A stretch of 64,000 nucleotides of DNA from an uncultured Chloroflexia bacterium (GTDB taxonomy: Bacteria > Chloroflexota > Dehalococcoidia > DSTF01 > JALHUB01). The stretch covers positions 1,376,001-1,440,000 of the forward strand of contig OY969814.1 in NCBI GenBank assembly GCA_963703345.1, in the 5' to 3' direction. Positions within the stretch are counted from its first letter, which is position 1. The number at the start of each line of letters is the position of its first letter. Below, piece after piece: positions 27,696 to 37,256 of this stretch. The notes beneath the pieces were generated by a model that was not told where the DNA came from, ran no database searches, and saw only the letters and a list, made by a program, of their open reading frames with translations. Made by a program: the position numbers and the translations under genes.

Positions 27696-29039
27696 TCAGG
27701 AGAGCAGTCGGAGCAGCTCGCTCGGCATCGACGCGAAGGCGACGGGCGTCGACAGAGCGGCGCTTACGTCGGCGGGCGTCGCGCCGTCGAGGAACAGGGC
27801 GCCGGCGTGGTTGAGGGCATGACGCGGCAGGACGAGCAGATCGCCCAGGTCGCGGCCCCGAAGCGTTTCGATGATGTCGCGGCCGGTCAGCAGGCCGGAC
27901 ACGGTGACGCGCGGCCCGAAGAAGGCGTTCTCGACCGCCACGACCGATGCGTCGATTCCCGTTAGCGCGCTCATCTCCGCCGCAAGCTGCGTCAGCACCG
28001 GCGCGACGAGCGTCCCGCAGGCGAGCGTAATCCTCCTGGAGAGCGTCGGTCGCGGGACCGCGCTGCCGGACAGCCGCCGTCGCAGCCGCCGCCAGTCCTC
28101 GATGAGGGCGCGCGTCATCCCAATGCCGTTCTCATACTGCGGATAGCCGTCGTAGCGCGCGGAAGCGGGCAAACGTACGCCCGCGGCCAGATAGAACTCG
28201 TCCGCCAGGTAGACCAGGTCGACGCCAAAACGTCGCCGGAACTCCCGCTGCCAGGGGCGCACCTGCGCGATGACCTGGTGGGCGTATTCCGGCGTGCAGG
28301 GCGCCAGCCGGCGCTTTGTGGCGTCGTCGGCGCGCGACCAGGCGTCCCGGCTCGCCGCCACGGGCACGACGCCGATCGACTGCACCGCCGGGTAGAGCTC
28401 GCCTAGCTCGCGGACGGTCCGCGCCAGTTCCTCGCCGTCGTTGAGGCCCGGGCAAAGCACGATCTGCGTGTTGATGCGAATGCCAAGCTCGCCTAGACGC
28501 CGCAACTGCCCGACAACGTCCGGCGCGCGTCCGTTTCCAAGCAGGCGACGCCGCAGCTCCAGGTCAGTAGCATGCACCGACACGTTGAGGGGGCTCAGGC
28601 GCTGCTCCTCCAGCCGGCGCCAGTCGGCGGCGGTCAGGTTGGACAGCGTGACGAAATTGCCGTCGGCAAAGCTGAGGCGGATGTCGTCGTCTTTCAAGTA
28701 AAGGGAAGGGCGCAGGCCGGCGGGCAGGCCCTTCAGGAAGCAGAAAAAGCAATCGTTGTTGCAGGTGCGAATGCGGTCGAAGATGGACGACTCGAACTCG
28801 ACGCCGAGGCTTTCGCCGGGCCGCCGCTGCGCCTCGATCTCCTGCTCCCGCCCGTCGCGCTCGAAAGTGAGGTGAAAGCGCTCCTCCGCCGCGTAGAAGG
28901 CGAAATCGATGGCGTCGCGCAGCGCATGGCCGTTGACGGCGAGAAGCCTGTCGCCGGGCCGCAGTCCGACGCGCGCCGCGAGGCTGCCGGCGGCCACCTC
29001 TCGAACCGCGCCACCGGCCTTTGAGGCGGCAAGGGGCAT
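27696..29039 (-). CDS. DUF512 PDZ/radical-SAM-like Fe-S protein
   Basis: PDZ-like N-terminus, CNNDCFFCF, KDDD.RLSF, QYENGIG, VTVSGLLTG.D. Confidence 0.9.
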   Translation of the reverse strand: MPLAASKAGGAVREVAAGSLAARVGLRPGDRLLAVNGHALRDAIDFAFYAAEERFHLTFERDGREQEIEAQRRPGESLGVEFESSIFDRIRTCNNDCFFCFLKGLPAGLRPSLYLKDDDIRLSFADGNFVTLSNLTAADWRRLEEQRLSPLNVSVHATDLELRRRLLGNGRAPDVVGQLRRLGELGIRINTQIVLCPGLNDGEELARTVRELGELYPAVQSIGVVPVAASRDAWSRADDATKRRLAPCTPEYAHQVIAQVRPWQREFRRRFGVDLVYLADEFYLAAGVRLPASARYDGYPQYENGIGMTRALIEDWRRLRRRLSGSAVPRPTLSRRITLACGTLVAPVLTQLAAEMSALTGIDASVVAVENAFFGPRVTVSGLLTGRDIIETLRGRDLGDLLVLPRHALNHAGALFLDGATPADVSAALSTPVAFASMPSELLRLLS

Positions 29040-29890
29040 CAGGCGAGCTCCCGCAGCCGCGCCACGACCGCCTTGATTGCCTCGTCCGGAGTCGAAGCGC
29101 CGGCCGTCACGCCGACACGCGCCCGGCCTCGCAGCCACTCGCCCTCGATCTGCTCCGCCGACTCGACCTGGTACGTCTCGACGCCTTCCTCCCGCGCGAC
29201 TTCCGCCAAATGCCGCGTGTTCGCGCTCTCCCTGCCGCCGACGACGATCACGAGGTCGACCCGTCGCGCTAGGTCCCGCGCCGCTGCCTGCTTGCTAGTG
29301 GTGGCGTCGCACAGCGTGTTTATCACGCGCAGCTCGTGCGCATCCCGCAGGTGCACGTCGACGAGGCGCTGGACAAAGGAAGCGAAGCGGTCGGCGGTCT
29401 GCGTTGTCTGCGCCAGCACGGCGACTCGCCCCGGCAGAGGCGCGGGGAGCGCGTCCAGTGCCGCCTCATCGGGGAGAGCGACGCCTTTGCCGGCAGCCCA
29501 GCCGAGGACGCCGCGCACCTCAGGATGTTCCGGATTGCCGAAGATGACGATGGTGTAGCCTTCGCCGGCCAGCCGCTTCGCCCAGCGCTGCGAGCGCGTT
29601 ACGATGGGGCAGGTGGCATCGATTGCCCGCAGCCCGAGCCGCGCCATCTCCGCCAGCACCGCCGGCGACGCCCCGTGCGAGGGGACGATGACGGCGCGGT
29701 CGCGAGCTTCGTCGGCTTCATGGATGACCTGGACGCCCATCGCCGCCAGCCGCTCGACGACCTGCTGATTGTGCACAATCGACCCCAGGCTTGCGAGCTC
29801 GCCCGACTCGGCTGCCGCCTTCTCCGCCATCTCCACAGCGCGCCGGACGCCGAGGCAGAAGCCCAGGTCGCCGGCAAGAATTATCTCCAT
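29039..29890 (-). CDS. ispH: 4-hydroxy-3-methylbut-2-enyl diphosphate reductase
   Basis: GFCLGVRRA, VHN, DATCP, HPEV, QTT, SANT, TAGASTP. Confidence 0.96.
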   Translation of the reverse strand: MEIILAGDLGFCLGVRRAVEMAEKAAAESGELASLGSIVHNQQVVERLAAMGVQVIHEADEARDRAVIVPSHGASPAVLAEMARLGLRAIDATCPIVTRSQRWAKRLAGEGYTIVIFGNPEHPEVRGVLGWAAGKGVALPDEAALDALPAPLPGRVAVLAQTTQTADRFASFVQRLVDVHLRDAHELRVINTLCDATTSKQAAARDLARRVDLVIVVGGRESANTRHLAEVAREEGVETYQVESAEQIEGEWLRGRARVGVTAGASTPDEAIKAVVARLRELA

Positions 29891-29897
29891 CGCTCGC

Positions 29898-30584
29898 TCA
29901 GCCCGTTCTCTCGACTCCCGACGACGCCGTCTCCGCGTAGGCGCCTCTCTGCTCCGCCGGCAGCAATGCCGCGATCCTCCCCATGATGATGTCGGTGCAG
30001 CGCTTCGCCTCCTCCGCCGTCACCCGCTGCACCGGCGGCAGGAAGAAGGGATCGCCCAGGACGACGCGGATGTGAGGACGGCGCCTGCGAAGGCTGTCCA
30101 GGGGCAGCCGGATGATGGATATCTTCGCGGTGCCGCTGACGGCGACCGGCAGGATCGGCGCCTCGCTTCGAAGCGCCAGCAGCGCCGTCCCGGGATGGGC
30201 AGCGTGCAGCCTGCCGTCTTTGCTGCGGGTGCCTTCCGGGAACATCGCCAGCACTTCGCCGCCGCGGAGGATTTCCGCCGCCTTGCGCAGAGCGCCGAGG
30301 TCGGCCTCCGAGCGACGCACCGGAAAAGCGCCGACGAGTCGGGCCATCATCCCGATAACTGGCCACTGGAACATCTCCCGCTTGGCCATGAAAACGAGCC
30401 GTCGCGACATTACGGCGCCCAGCAGCGGCGGGTCGGCGTTGTTGAAATGGTTGGACGCCACGATGAGCGTGCCCTGCCGCGGCATCTTCTCCCGGCCGAT
30501 GACCTCGGTGGTAGTGAACGCGAAGACGACGGCTTTGACGACCGCCAGGAGCGACCAGTAGAACAGGGGAACGATGTACTTCAC
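29898..30584 (-). CDS. plsC: 1-acyl-sn-glycerol-3-phosphate acyltransferase
   Basis: NH....D, FMAK.E, FPEGTRS. Confidence 0.9.
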   Translation of the reverse strand: MKYIVPLFYWSLLAVVKAVVFAFTTTEVIGREKMPRQGTLIVASNHFNNADPPLLGAVMSRRLVFMAKREMFQWPVIGMMARLVGAFPVRRSEADLGALRKAAEILRGGEVLAMFPEGTRSKDGRLHAAHPGTALLALRSEAPILPVAVSGTAKISIIRLPLDSLRRRRPHIRVVLGDPFFLPPVQRVTAEEAKRCTDIIMGRIAALLPAEQRGAYAETASSGVERTG

Positions 30585-31261
30585 TGCGTCAGCGCCAGTA
30601 TCTTGTCGACAACCTGCTCCAGGCTGAGGCCGTCCGTTTGCAGTATGCGCGCGTCCGCCGCGGGTCGTAGCGGCGACAGCTCGCGCTCACTATCGGCGGC
30701 GTCGCGGCGCTCCAACTCTCGCATGACGCTCGCAATGCTGATCGTCTCCCCGCGGAGCTGCGCCTGCTCCCAGCGACGCCGCGCTCGCTCCAACCGCGGG
30801 GCGTCGAGGTAGACCTTGAGGTCGGCGTCCGGCAGCACTACGGTGCCGATGTCCCGTCCGACGACCACGATCTCGCCCCGCTGCGCCTCTTCGCGCTGGA
30901 TGCGCACCATCGCCTCCCGCACCGCCGGCAGCCGGGACACGTCGGAAACGTTCGCCTCGACCTCCGGACGAACTAGGAACGCGGTCACCTCGACGCCGTT
31001 GACGTGGACTTGGCTCTGCTCGTCGGCGGTCGTGCTCACCGTCATGCTAACCCGTTGCGCCACGCCGACAATCGCCTGTTCGTCTTGCGGCGCAATGTCC
31101 CTTTCCAGGAGCAGCCAGGTGAAGGCGCGGTACATCATGCCGGTGTCCAGAAAGCGAAAACCGAGGCGTTTCGCCAGCAGGCTGCCCACCGCGCTCTTGC
31201 CTGACGCGACAGGGCCGTCTATGGCGACCGTCCTCGGATGGCCGTGGCGTTCCTCTGCGAT
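30581..31261 (-). CDS. cmk: Cytidylate kinase (probable non-canonical ATC start)
   Basis: VAIDGPVASGKS P-loop lies upstream of the first GTG (31189); LDTG.MYRA, GRDIGTVV.P. GGAGG precedes ATC at 31261. Confidence 0.9.
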   Translation of the reverse strand: MAEERHGHPRTVAIDGPVASGKSAVGSLLAKRLGFRFLDTGMMYRAFTWLLLERDIAPQDEQAIVGVAQRVSMTVSTTADEQSQVHVNGVEVTAFLVRPEVEANVSDVSRLPAVREAMVRIQREEAQRGEIVVVGRDIGTVVLPDADLKVYLDAPRLERARRRWEQAQLRGETISIASVMRELERRDAADSERELSPLRPAADARILQTDGLSLEQVVDKILALTQ

Positions 31262-31304
31262 ATCTCCTCCAGCGCTTATGCGCCGCTAATCAACCTCCCT
31301 TCGA

Positions 31305-32813
31305 TTATAGGCGGCGCCCATTCAGACGGGCAAGGAACAGGCCGCTGGAACCGCCGATGAGGAGGGCCACGGCGCCGGAGGCAAGCGAGATGAGAATGCG
31401 GAGTCGCGTGTCGTCGGAGGTGGGAACGGGAGCAGCCGCCGTTTCGATGCCGCCGCCTCCTTGATTGCGGACCGATGCAATTGCAGACGCAGACGACTTG
31501 CCGATCGGCGGAGTCGCCTGCCGGACGACACTCTGGCCGGCAACAGTGGCCCGCGGCTTCGTTACCCGCTGAATGATTGCGGCCGTGCCGATATCGCTCT
31601 GCGGCTCCACGACAGAGGTGGCGGGGGGCGAGGGCGTTACGGCATCCAACGATGCAGGTTCGAAGGACACGTCGTCGATGTAGATGGTTGCCGGCGCCTC
31701 CGACGCGGGAGCGAGCATGACGCGAAGCCTGGCGGAGCGCGCGTCGGCGGGCGCGAGAGCGGCGCCGGTCGTCAGGAACCGGAAAGTCGGGTCGACATCG
31801 CCTAGATGTGTCGTCGAGTCGGATGTGGCGAGGGCGCTGCCGCTGCAGTCATCGCTGGCATACCAGGAGATACGCAGGTATGATTCGCTGACTCCCGGAT
31901 CGTCAAGGAGGACGTAGCCGCTGAAGTCGTAGGCGCTGCCGCCGCTCACGCGCACGGTCTGATAGACCCACTTCGTCGCGGTCGTACTGCTGCTGAAGGC
32001 GCCGGAGTACTGCCCGCTGCGGGCGTGCGCGCTGCTCTGCTGCAGCTCGCCGCCGTACTTGTTCCAGCCCAGCGGGCCGTCGCCGTCCGCGTCCTCGAAA
32101 CCGCCGTTGACGAGAGCGCTGCCCGGGCCGGTCGTCGGCGTCGCGCTGGGGACGGTGCTTGGCGTGGTGGTGGGTACCCTTGTCTGCGTCACCGTCGGCG
32201 CGACCGTCGCAATTGCCGTTGCCGAAGGCTGGAGGGGGACGGCGGGCGTGTCAGTGGGCGCTGGCGTGTCGTCCGGCGGCGGCCCTTCGAGCGTGACGTC
32301 GTCGAAGTAGACCGTTCCGCTGCCGTAGAAATTGACGCTGATCCTGGGTCGCGCGAAGGCGGCGTTTTCGGGTGCGGTGCGGGTCGCCGACAGAGGCTGC
32401 CAGTCGGCCGCGTTGTCCCTCAGGGGCGCGCTGCCAGCGGGGCAGGGCGAGAGCGGGTTCCCTGCCTGGTCACTCCAGCAGAGCTGTAGCTCGACCGAAT
32501 ACACCTGTGGATCGTTCTTCAAGACGGACGCGGAGAGCGTGTAGTCGGCGGAAGGCCGGATGGCGACGGCCGTGCGCCGCTGAACCCTCACGGAGCCCGG
32601 GTTGTCCGGGGTGAGGACGGCGGAGCAATCGCTTTCGTAGCCACGATCGCCGCAGACGGTGTCGAGGGTGCCGCCGCTTGCCACCCAATCGCCGACGCCG
32701 TTCTCGAACCCGTCGTCGATCAGCAGATCGGTCGACCCACGCGCCGCTAACCCGCTCGACAGCAGGAACAGGACAGCCAGCGCCACTGCCAGCGCTGCCG
32801 CGCCGCTTCGCAC
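31305..32813 (-). CDS. Secreted, membrane-anchored protein with two CBM4/9-like carbohydrate-binding domains
   Basis: Signal peptide, two GFE...W...YFDDV/YIDDV domains, P/T linkers, C-terminal TM; AAGGAG SD. Confidence 0.75.
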   Translation of the reverse strand: MRSGAAALAVALAVLFLLSSGLAARGSTDLLIDDGFENGVGDWVASGGTLDTVCGDRGYESDCSAVLTPDNPGSVRVQRRTAVAIRPSADYTLSASVLKNDPQVYSVELQLCWSDQAGNPLSPCPAGSAPLRDNAADWQPLSATRTAPENAAFARPRISVNFYGSGTVYFDDVTLEGPPPDDTPAPTDTPAVPLQPSATAIATVAPTVTQTRVPTTTPSTVPSATPTTGPGSALVNGGFEDADGDGPLGWNKYGGELQQSSAHARSGQYSGAFSSSTTATKWVYQTVRVSGGSAYDFSGYVLLDDPGVSESYLRISWYASDDCSGSALATSDSTTHLGDVDPTFRFLTTGAALAPADARSARLRVMLAPASEAPATIYIDDVSFEPASLDAVTPSPPATSVVEPQSDIGTAAIIQRVTKPRATVAGQSVVRQATPPIGKSSASAIASVRNQGGGGIETAAAPVPTSDDTRLRILISLASGAVALLIGGSSGLFLARLNGRRL

Positions 32814-32941
32814 GCCGTACGCTCCTTGTCTCGGCGAGCAAGGGGTCCGAATCCGCGGATAGTAACTCCGAGGCGGCTTCCTTGCGCCTTTTTCGTAGCC
32901 TGTAAGCTACGGGGTGGAAGTTAGGGACGTATCGTAACCTA

Positions 32942-33934
32942 TTACAGCAAACGCTTCAAGCGGGGATTAGGGGTGATGCCGGGAAGGCGTCCTCGCTTGG
33001 CCACCGGCCGGCCGTCGATCTCATGGATGTCCGCCGTGAAGTCGATCGGAGGCACGCTGGTAATGTAGCTGCCGATGCCGAAGCCATCGACACGCGCGCC
33101 CTCCTGCCGCATCCCGACGATCCGCTCCGGCGTCACGCCGCCGCTCACGAATATCTGCACCCCGGGGAAGCCGGCAAGATCGAGACGCGCTCGCACCTCC
33201 TTCACTAGGTCGGGCGTCACGCCGCCGCGCTCTGCCGGCGTGTCCAGTCGCACGCCTTGCAGTCGCTCCTTCATCGCCTCTGCGACCCGAAGCGATTCCT
33301 CCGCCTCGTCGTGGAACGTGTTGACGAGGACGATGCGTTGCACTTCCGGCGGCATCTGCTCGTCGAAGGCGAGTGCCGCCGCCACGGTGTCGCCGAAGCA
33401 GATGATGAGCGCGTGCGGCATCGTGCCGGAGGGCGCCACGCCGGCCAGTCGTGCCCCCTCGACCGACGAGCACGACAGGCAGCCGCCGACTACCGCCGCG
33501 TAGTCCATCACCGCCGCGACGTTCGGGTGGACGTGCCGCGCGCCGAAGCTTATGACCGGGACGCCCGCGGCGGCATCGACGCACTCGCGGGCGGCCGTCG
33601 CCCAGGCGCTCTCCTGCGCCAGCATGCCCGCCAGCGCCGTCTCGTAGATGCCGTAGGACTGGTAGGGCGCCGTGACGCGCAAGACCGTCTCTTTCCGCGA
33701 CATCGCCTCGCCTTCCGCGAGGCCCCAGACCTCGCTTTCGGGCGGGAGGACCTTCCGGAGCAGCGACACGGCCTCGCGCACGCCGCAGAGCAGGCCGTCG
33801 CGCGCTGGGAAGAATTCCATCGCCGCGCGCGGATTGACGCCCGTCCGCTCCAGCACTTCACGAGTGCGGAGAAAGTAGACGTCCGCCGTGTCGCCGCTAA
33901 GGACGGAGGGCAGGATCGGGAAATCGTTGCTCAA
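32942..33934 (-). CDS. pncB: Nicotinate phosphoribosyltransferase
   Basis: DVYF, FGARH, GTMPHAL, GVRLDT, SGG, DGFG; adjacent to a nicotinamidase-like gene. Confidence 0.85.
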   Translation of the reverse strand: MSNDFPILPSVLSGDTADVYFLRTREVLERTGVNPRAAMEFFPARDGLLCGVREAVSLLRKVLPPESEVWGLAEGEAMSRKETVLRVTAPYQSYGIYETALAGMLAQESAWATAARECVDAAAGVPVISFGARHVHPNVAAVMDYAAVVGGCLSCSSVEGARLAGVAPSGTMPHALIICFGDTVAAALAFDEQMPPEVQRIVLVNTFHDEAEESLRVAEAMKERLQGVRLDTPAERGGVTPDLVKEVRARLDLAGFPGVQIFVSGGVTPERIVGMRQEGARVDGFGIGSYITSVPPIDFTADIHEIDGRPVAKRGRLPGITPNPRLKRLL

Positions 33935-33967
33935 AATGGCTTCCTTGCGTTATTGGCGCCCTGGCCG

Positions 33968-34492
33968 CTAGGCCTGTCGCACCAGCCTTGCGCCCAGCAC
34001 CTTCTCCATGTGCTGCAGCGCGCACCGATGCGCCTCTTCGTTGAACGTCGCCACGCAGTTCGCCGGCACCTCGACGTGGTAGTCGCGATTGCGGGCGTCG
34101 GCGACGGTGTGCATCACGCAGATGTCGGTGCAGATGCCGCAGACAACGATCTTCTCGGGCGCCAGCTCCCGAAGGCGCGCCTCCAGGTTCGTCCCGAAGA
34201 AGCCGCTGTAGCGCCGCTTGGGGATTATCTCCGTCGCCAGGTCCGCCAGCTCCGGCGTGATCTCCGTCTCCTCGGTGCCGCGGACGCAGTGCGGCGGGAA
34301 CGTCGCGAACTCCTTGTCGTCCGGATCGTGCGTGTCGGCGAGGAATATGGCGTGGGAGCCGCGCCGAAGCTCCTCTTCGACCAGCCGGCGGACGTTCGGG
34401 ACTATGGCGCGGGCGCTGGGCCCGCAGCCGAGGGCGCGACCCTCCTCAAGAAAGCCGCGCAGCATGTCGACTACGATGACGACGTTGGGCAT
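33968..34492 (-). CDS. pncA: Isochorismatase-family cysteine hydrolase (nicotinamidase-like)
   Basis: VVDM, D.H...D.EF..FPPHC, K.RYS.F, GICTDICV. Confidence 0.8.
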   Translation of the reverse strand: MPNVVIVVDMLRGFLEEGRALGCGPSARAIVPNVRRLVEEELRRGSHAIFLADTHDPDDKEFATFPPHCVRGTEETEITPELADLATEIIPKRRYSGFFGTNLEARLRELAPEKIVVCGICTDICVMHTVADARNRDYHVEVPANCVATFNEEAHRCALQHMEKVLGARLVRQA

Positions 34493-34557
34493 CGCAGGTC
34501 CTTCGCGAAACAGAGCTTATCCTGATTGTAGGACAATCGTTGGGAGTTGCGAACGGA

Positions 34558-34953
34558 TCAGCCCTCGCGGCTACGGCGAACACGGACGCGGCGGACCGAG
34601 AAGGCTTCGCTCTCGATTACGGCGTCGGGTTCGAAGCCGTTCTCGCCGGGCTTCCGGACAACCGCCTTCGACTCCGGCTTGAGCGCCGGCAGCAGCGACC
34701 GCGGCCGGAAGGCCATCCTTATCACCCGCCTGATGACGATCTCCGCCAGCGTGCCGACGATGATGGCCGTGGCGCCGCGGGCAAGCGCCGGCACCGGCGG
34801 GCGCCAGGCGACGGGCTGATAGCTCTCGCGTGCCACGGGCAGGCTGCCGACGGGCGCGCCGCACTTGCGGCAGAACCGGTCGCCGGGGTCATACGGCCGG
34901 CTGCAGCGATGGCAGACGAGGAGTTCGCCGTTACGACGAGCGGGAGGATTCAT
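34558..34953 (-). CDS. Zinc-ribbon domain protein
   Basis: CHRC...D.GDRFCRKCG followed by a hydrophobic segment; TATAAT just upstream. Confidence 0.7.
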   Translation of the reverse strand: MNPPARRNGELLVCHRCSRPYDPGDRFCRKCGAPVGSLPVARESYQPVAWRPPVPALARGATAIIVGTLAEIVIRRVIRMAFRPRSLLPALKPESKAVVRKPGENGFEPDAVIESEAFSVRRVRVRRSREG

Positions 34954-35024
34954 AGTGTCAGCCATTATAGCAACGGTAGCCTGGCTTGCCAATCGCTGCG
35001 GTCCATTTTCTTCGTCGCGACAGG

Positions 35025-35684
35025 TCAGCTCCCGAGCGGAAGGCGGCGACGCAGCTTCGCCCACGTGCTGATGACGTGCACCAGCGGCGAGCTGCATTTC
35101 CCGTCGATCTTTCCCTGCCGCAGTGATTCCAGGAACTCCTGCGGCGTCTCGAAGTCGTCCATCTCTACGCAGGCGCGACCTACCTCGAGCAGCGAGTGGG
35201 CGTCGCTGCCGGCGCTACACGCCAGGTCGTGCTCGGCGGCGAAGGCCGCCGAGCGGGCGTTGTCGGAGCCCACCGTGACGCGGGCGTTGAACGTCTCGAT
35301 GATGTCAATTTGCGGCACTAGGCGCTCCAGGGCCGCCTGACGCAGCGGCTCGCGGCGCAGGCGGTCGAAGGGATGCGGCACGCCGACCAGGCCGTTCTGC
35401 TCCTTGATCCGTCGCACCGTCTCCTCGGGCGAAAGGCCGGGCGGAATGCGTTCCTTCAGGAAGAAGCCGATGACCTCCCCTTCGGTCGTCTTTATCTCCT
35501 CGGCGGCGATAACGCGGAACGGCGCCATGGTCTGCATGGTCAGCGCGCCTTCCAGCACGTTGTGGTCAGTGACCGCGATGCAGTTGATACCAAGCTTCAG
35601 GCAGCGCGTAACCAACCCTTCCGGCGTAATCAGGCTGTCCGGCGAGAAGTTGGTGTGCAGGTGGAGGTCAGCCTTCAGCATCAT
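35025..35684 (-). CDS. PHP-domain metal-dependent phosphoesterase
   Basis: DLHLHT, TDH, PHP, GSDAH. Confidence 0.9.
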   Translation of the reverse strand: MMLKADLHLHTNFSPDSLITPEGLVTRCLKLGINCIAVTDHNVLEGALTMQTMAPFRVIAAEEIKTTEGEVIGFFLKERIPPGLSPEETVRRIKEQNGLVGVPHPFDRLRREPLRQAALERLVPQIDIIETFNARVTVGSDNARSAAFAAEHDLACSAGSDAHSLLEVGRACVEMDDFETPQEFLESLRQGKIDGKCSSPLVHVISTWAKLRRRLPLGS

Positions 35685-35925
35685 CCCAGGGTATCTCCTC
35701 GGCTGCTTCCGGCTCAGGCGGCGCGGCCAGCGTCTCCCGCAACTGGCGGATCCTCACCTCCGCCGCGTCGAGCATCTCCTGGCAGCGGCGGGCGAGCAGC
35801 ATGCCGTCCTCATAGAGCGCCAGCGAGCGCTCCAGGGGCAGGCCGCCCTCTTCCAGCTTCGCCACCGTCTCCTCGAGGCGGCGGAACAGCTCCTCGAACG
35901 TCTCCTTGCTCTTCTTTGCTGCCAT
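35668..35925 (-). CDS. xseB: Exodeoxyribonuclease VII small subunit
   Basis: FEE....LE..V..LE.G.LPLE.SL..YE.G. Confidence 0.95.
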   Translation of the reverse strand: MAAKKSKETFEELFRRLEETVAKLEEGGLPLERSLALYEDGMLLARRCQEMLDAAEVRIRQLRETLAAPPEPEAAEEIPWDDAEG

Positions 35926-35932
35926 TTCTTCC

Positions 35933-37198
35933 TCAGGCGCCGTCCGGCTCGAACAGCGACGGTTGCATCTCCTGCGACGGCCGCGACTTCCGTCGCGAAA
36001 CGCTCTTCTTCGCTTCGACGCGCGCCGGAAACGCGCCGTCGCTTACGCGCACGTCCAGCGCGTAGCCCGCCTTCACCTGCCGCACGCTCCGCACGACACT
36101 TCCCTCCCGCTCGACGAGCGCATAGCCTCGCGCCAGCGTCGCCCGTGGATGCAGCGAGCGCAGCTGCAGCAGAAAGCCGCCCACCTGCTCGCGGCTCCGG
36201 CCCAGCGCGGCGTCGACCAGCGCGCCCGCCACCCGCAGCGCATCGTCGACCTTCTGACGCTCGCGGTCAACAGGCGGCGCGCAGTGCTCCATGCGGCCCA
36301 GGGCGCCGCGAAGGCAGCCGGTGCCGTCGTCGAGGCGAAAGCGCATCGCCGTTGTAAGCGAGGCGCGGTGGGCGTTGAGGCCGGCGAGCATGGCGTGCCT
36401 CTCCGGCGCGACGAGCTCCGCGGCGGTGGAAGGCGTGGGCGCGCGAACGTCGGCGACGTAGTCCGCAATAGTGTAGTCGGTCTCGTGCCCGACGGCCGAG
36501 ACGACGGGTGCGTGGCTGGCGTAGATGGCCCGCGCGACCGCCTCTTCGTTGAACGCCCACAGCTCTTCCAGCGACCCGCCGCCGCGCGCGACGATGATTA
36601 CGTCCATGTCCGGCTCGTCGTTCAGCGCGGCGATACCGGCCACAATGCCGCGCACGGCCTCGATGCCCTGCACGGCGCTCGGCGCAAGGACGATCTCCGC
36701 CAGCGGCCAGCGACGGGCCAGGATAGCGCAGATGTCATGGAAGACGGCGCCGGTGGGCGAGGTGACGACACCGATTCGCTCCGGGAACGGCTTGAGCGAC
36801 CTCTTCCGCGTCGGCTCGAACAGCCCCTCTTGCTCCAGCCGCGCCTTCAGCCGCTCGAACTCCATCGCCAGCACGCCGACGCCTTCCGGCTGGACGAAGT
36901 CGACATAAAACTGCAAGTCGCCACGCACCTCGTACAGCGAGACGCGTCCGTGCGCGACCACCTGTGCGCCGCTTTCGACGAGCGAGGCGAGGTCGCGCTG
37001 AAGCGTCGCGCCGCGGAAGAAGACGCAGCGGAGCTGGGAATCAGCGTCCTTGAGCGTGAAGTAGAGGTGGCCGGCGGTAGAGCGCGAGAGGTTGGAGACT
37101 TCGCCGCTCACCCAGACGTCCGCGAGGTGCGGGTCCGTCTCCAGGAGCTCGCGAAGGTAGGTCGTTATGCTGCTGACCGAGTAGACCTGCACGCTCAT
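35933..37198 (-). CDS. xseA: Exodeoxyribonuclease VII large subunit
   Basis: GEVSN, GHLYFTLKD, RGGGS.EELWAFN, GHETD, PTPS. Confidence 0.96.
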   Translation of the reverse strand: MSVQVYSVSSITTYLRELLETDPHLADVWVSGEVSNLSRSTAGHLYFTLKDADSQLRCVFFRGATLQRDLASLVESGAQVVAHGRVSLYEVRGDLQFYVDFVQPEGVGVLAMEFERLKARLEQEGLFEPTRKRSLKPFPERIGVVTSPTGAVFHDICAILARRWPLAEIVLAPSAVQGIEAVRGIVAGIAALNDEPDMDVIIVARGGGSLEELWAFNEEAVARAIYASHAPVVSAVGHETDYTIADYVADVRAPTPSTAAELVAPERHAMLAGLNAHRASLTTAMRFRLDDGTGCLRGALGRMEHCAPPVDRERQKVDDALRVAGALVDAALGRSREQVGGFLLQLRSLHPRATLARGYALVEREGSVVRSVRQVKAGYALDVRVSDGAFPARVEAKKSVSRRKSRPSQEMQPSLFEPDGA

Positions 37199-37256
37199 TC
37201 CAGAGGCTCTCGCAAATCCATGAGGAAGATGAAACTTGTCCTACGGGCCGGAATCT

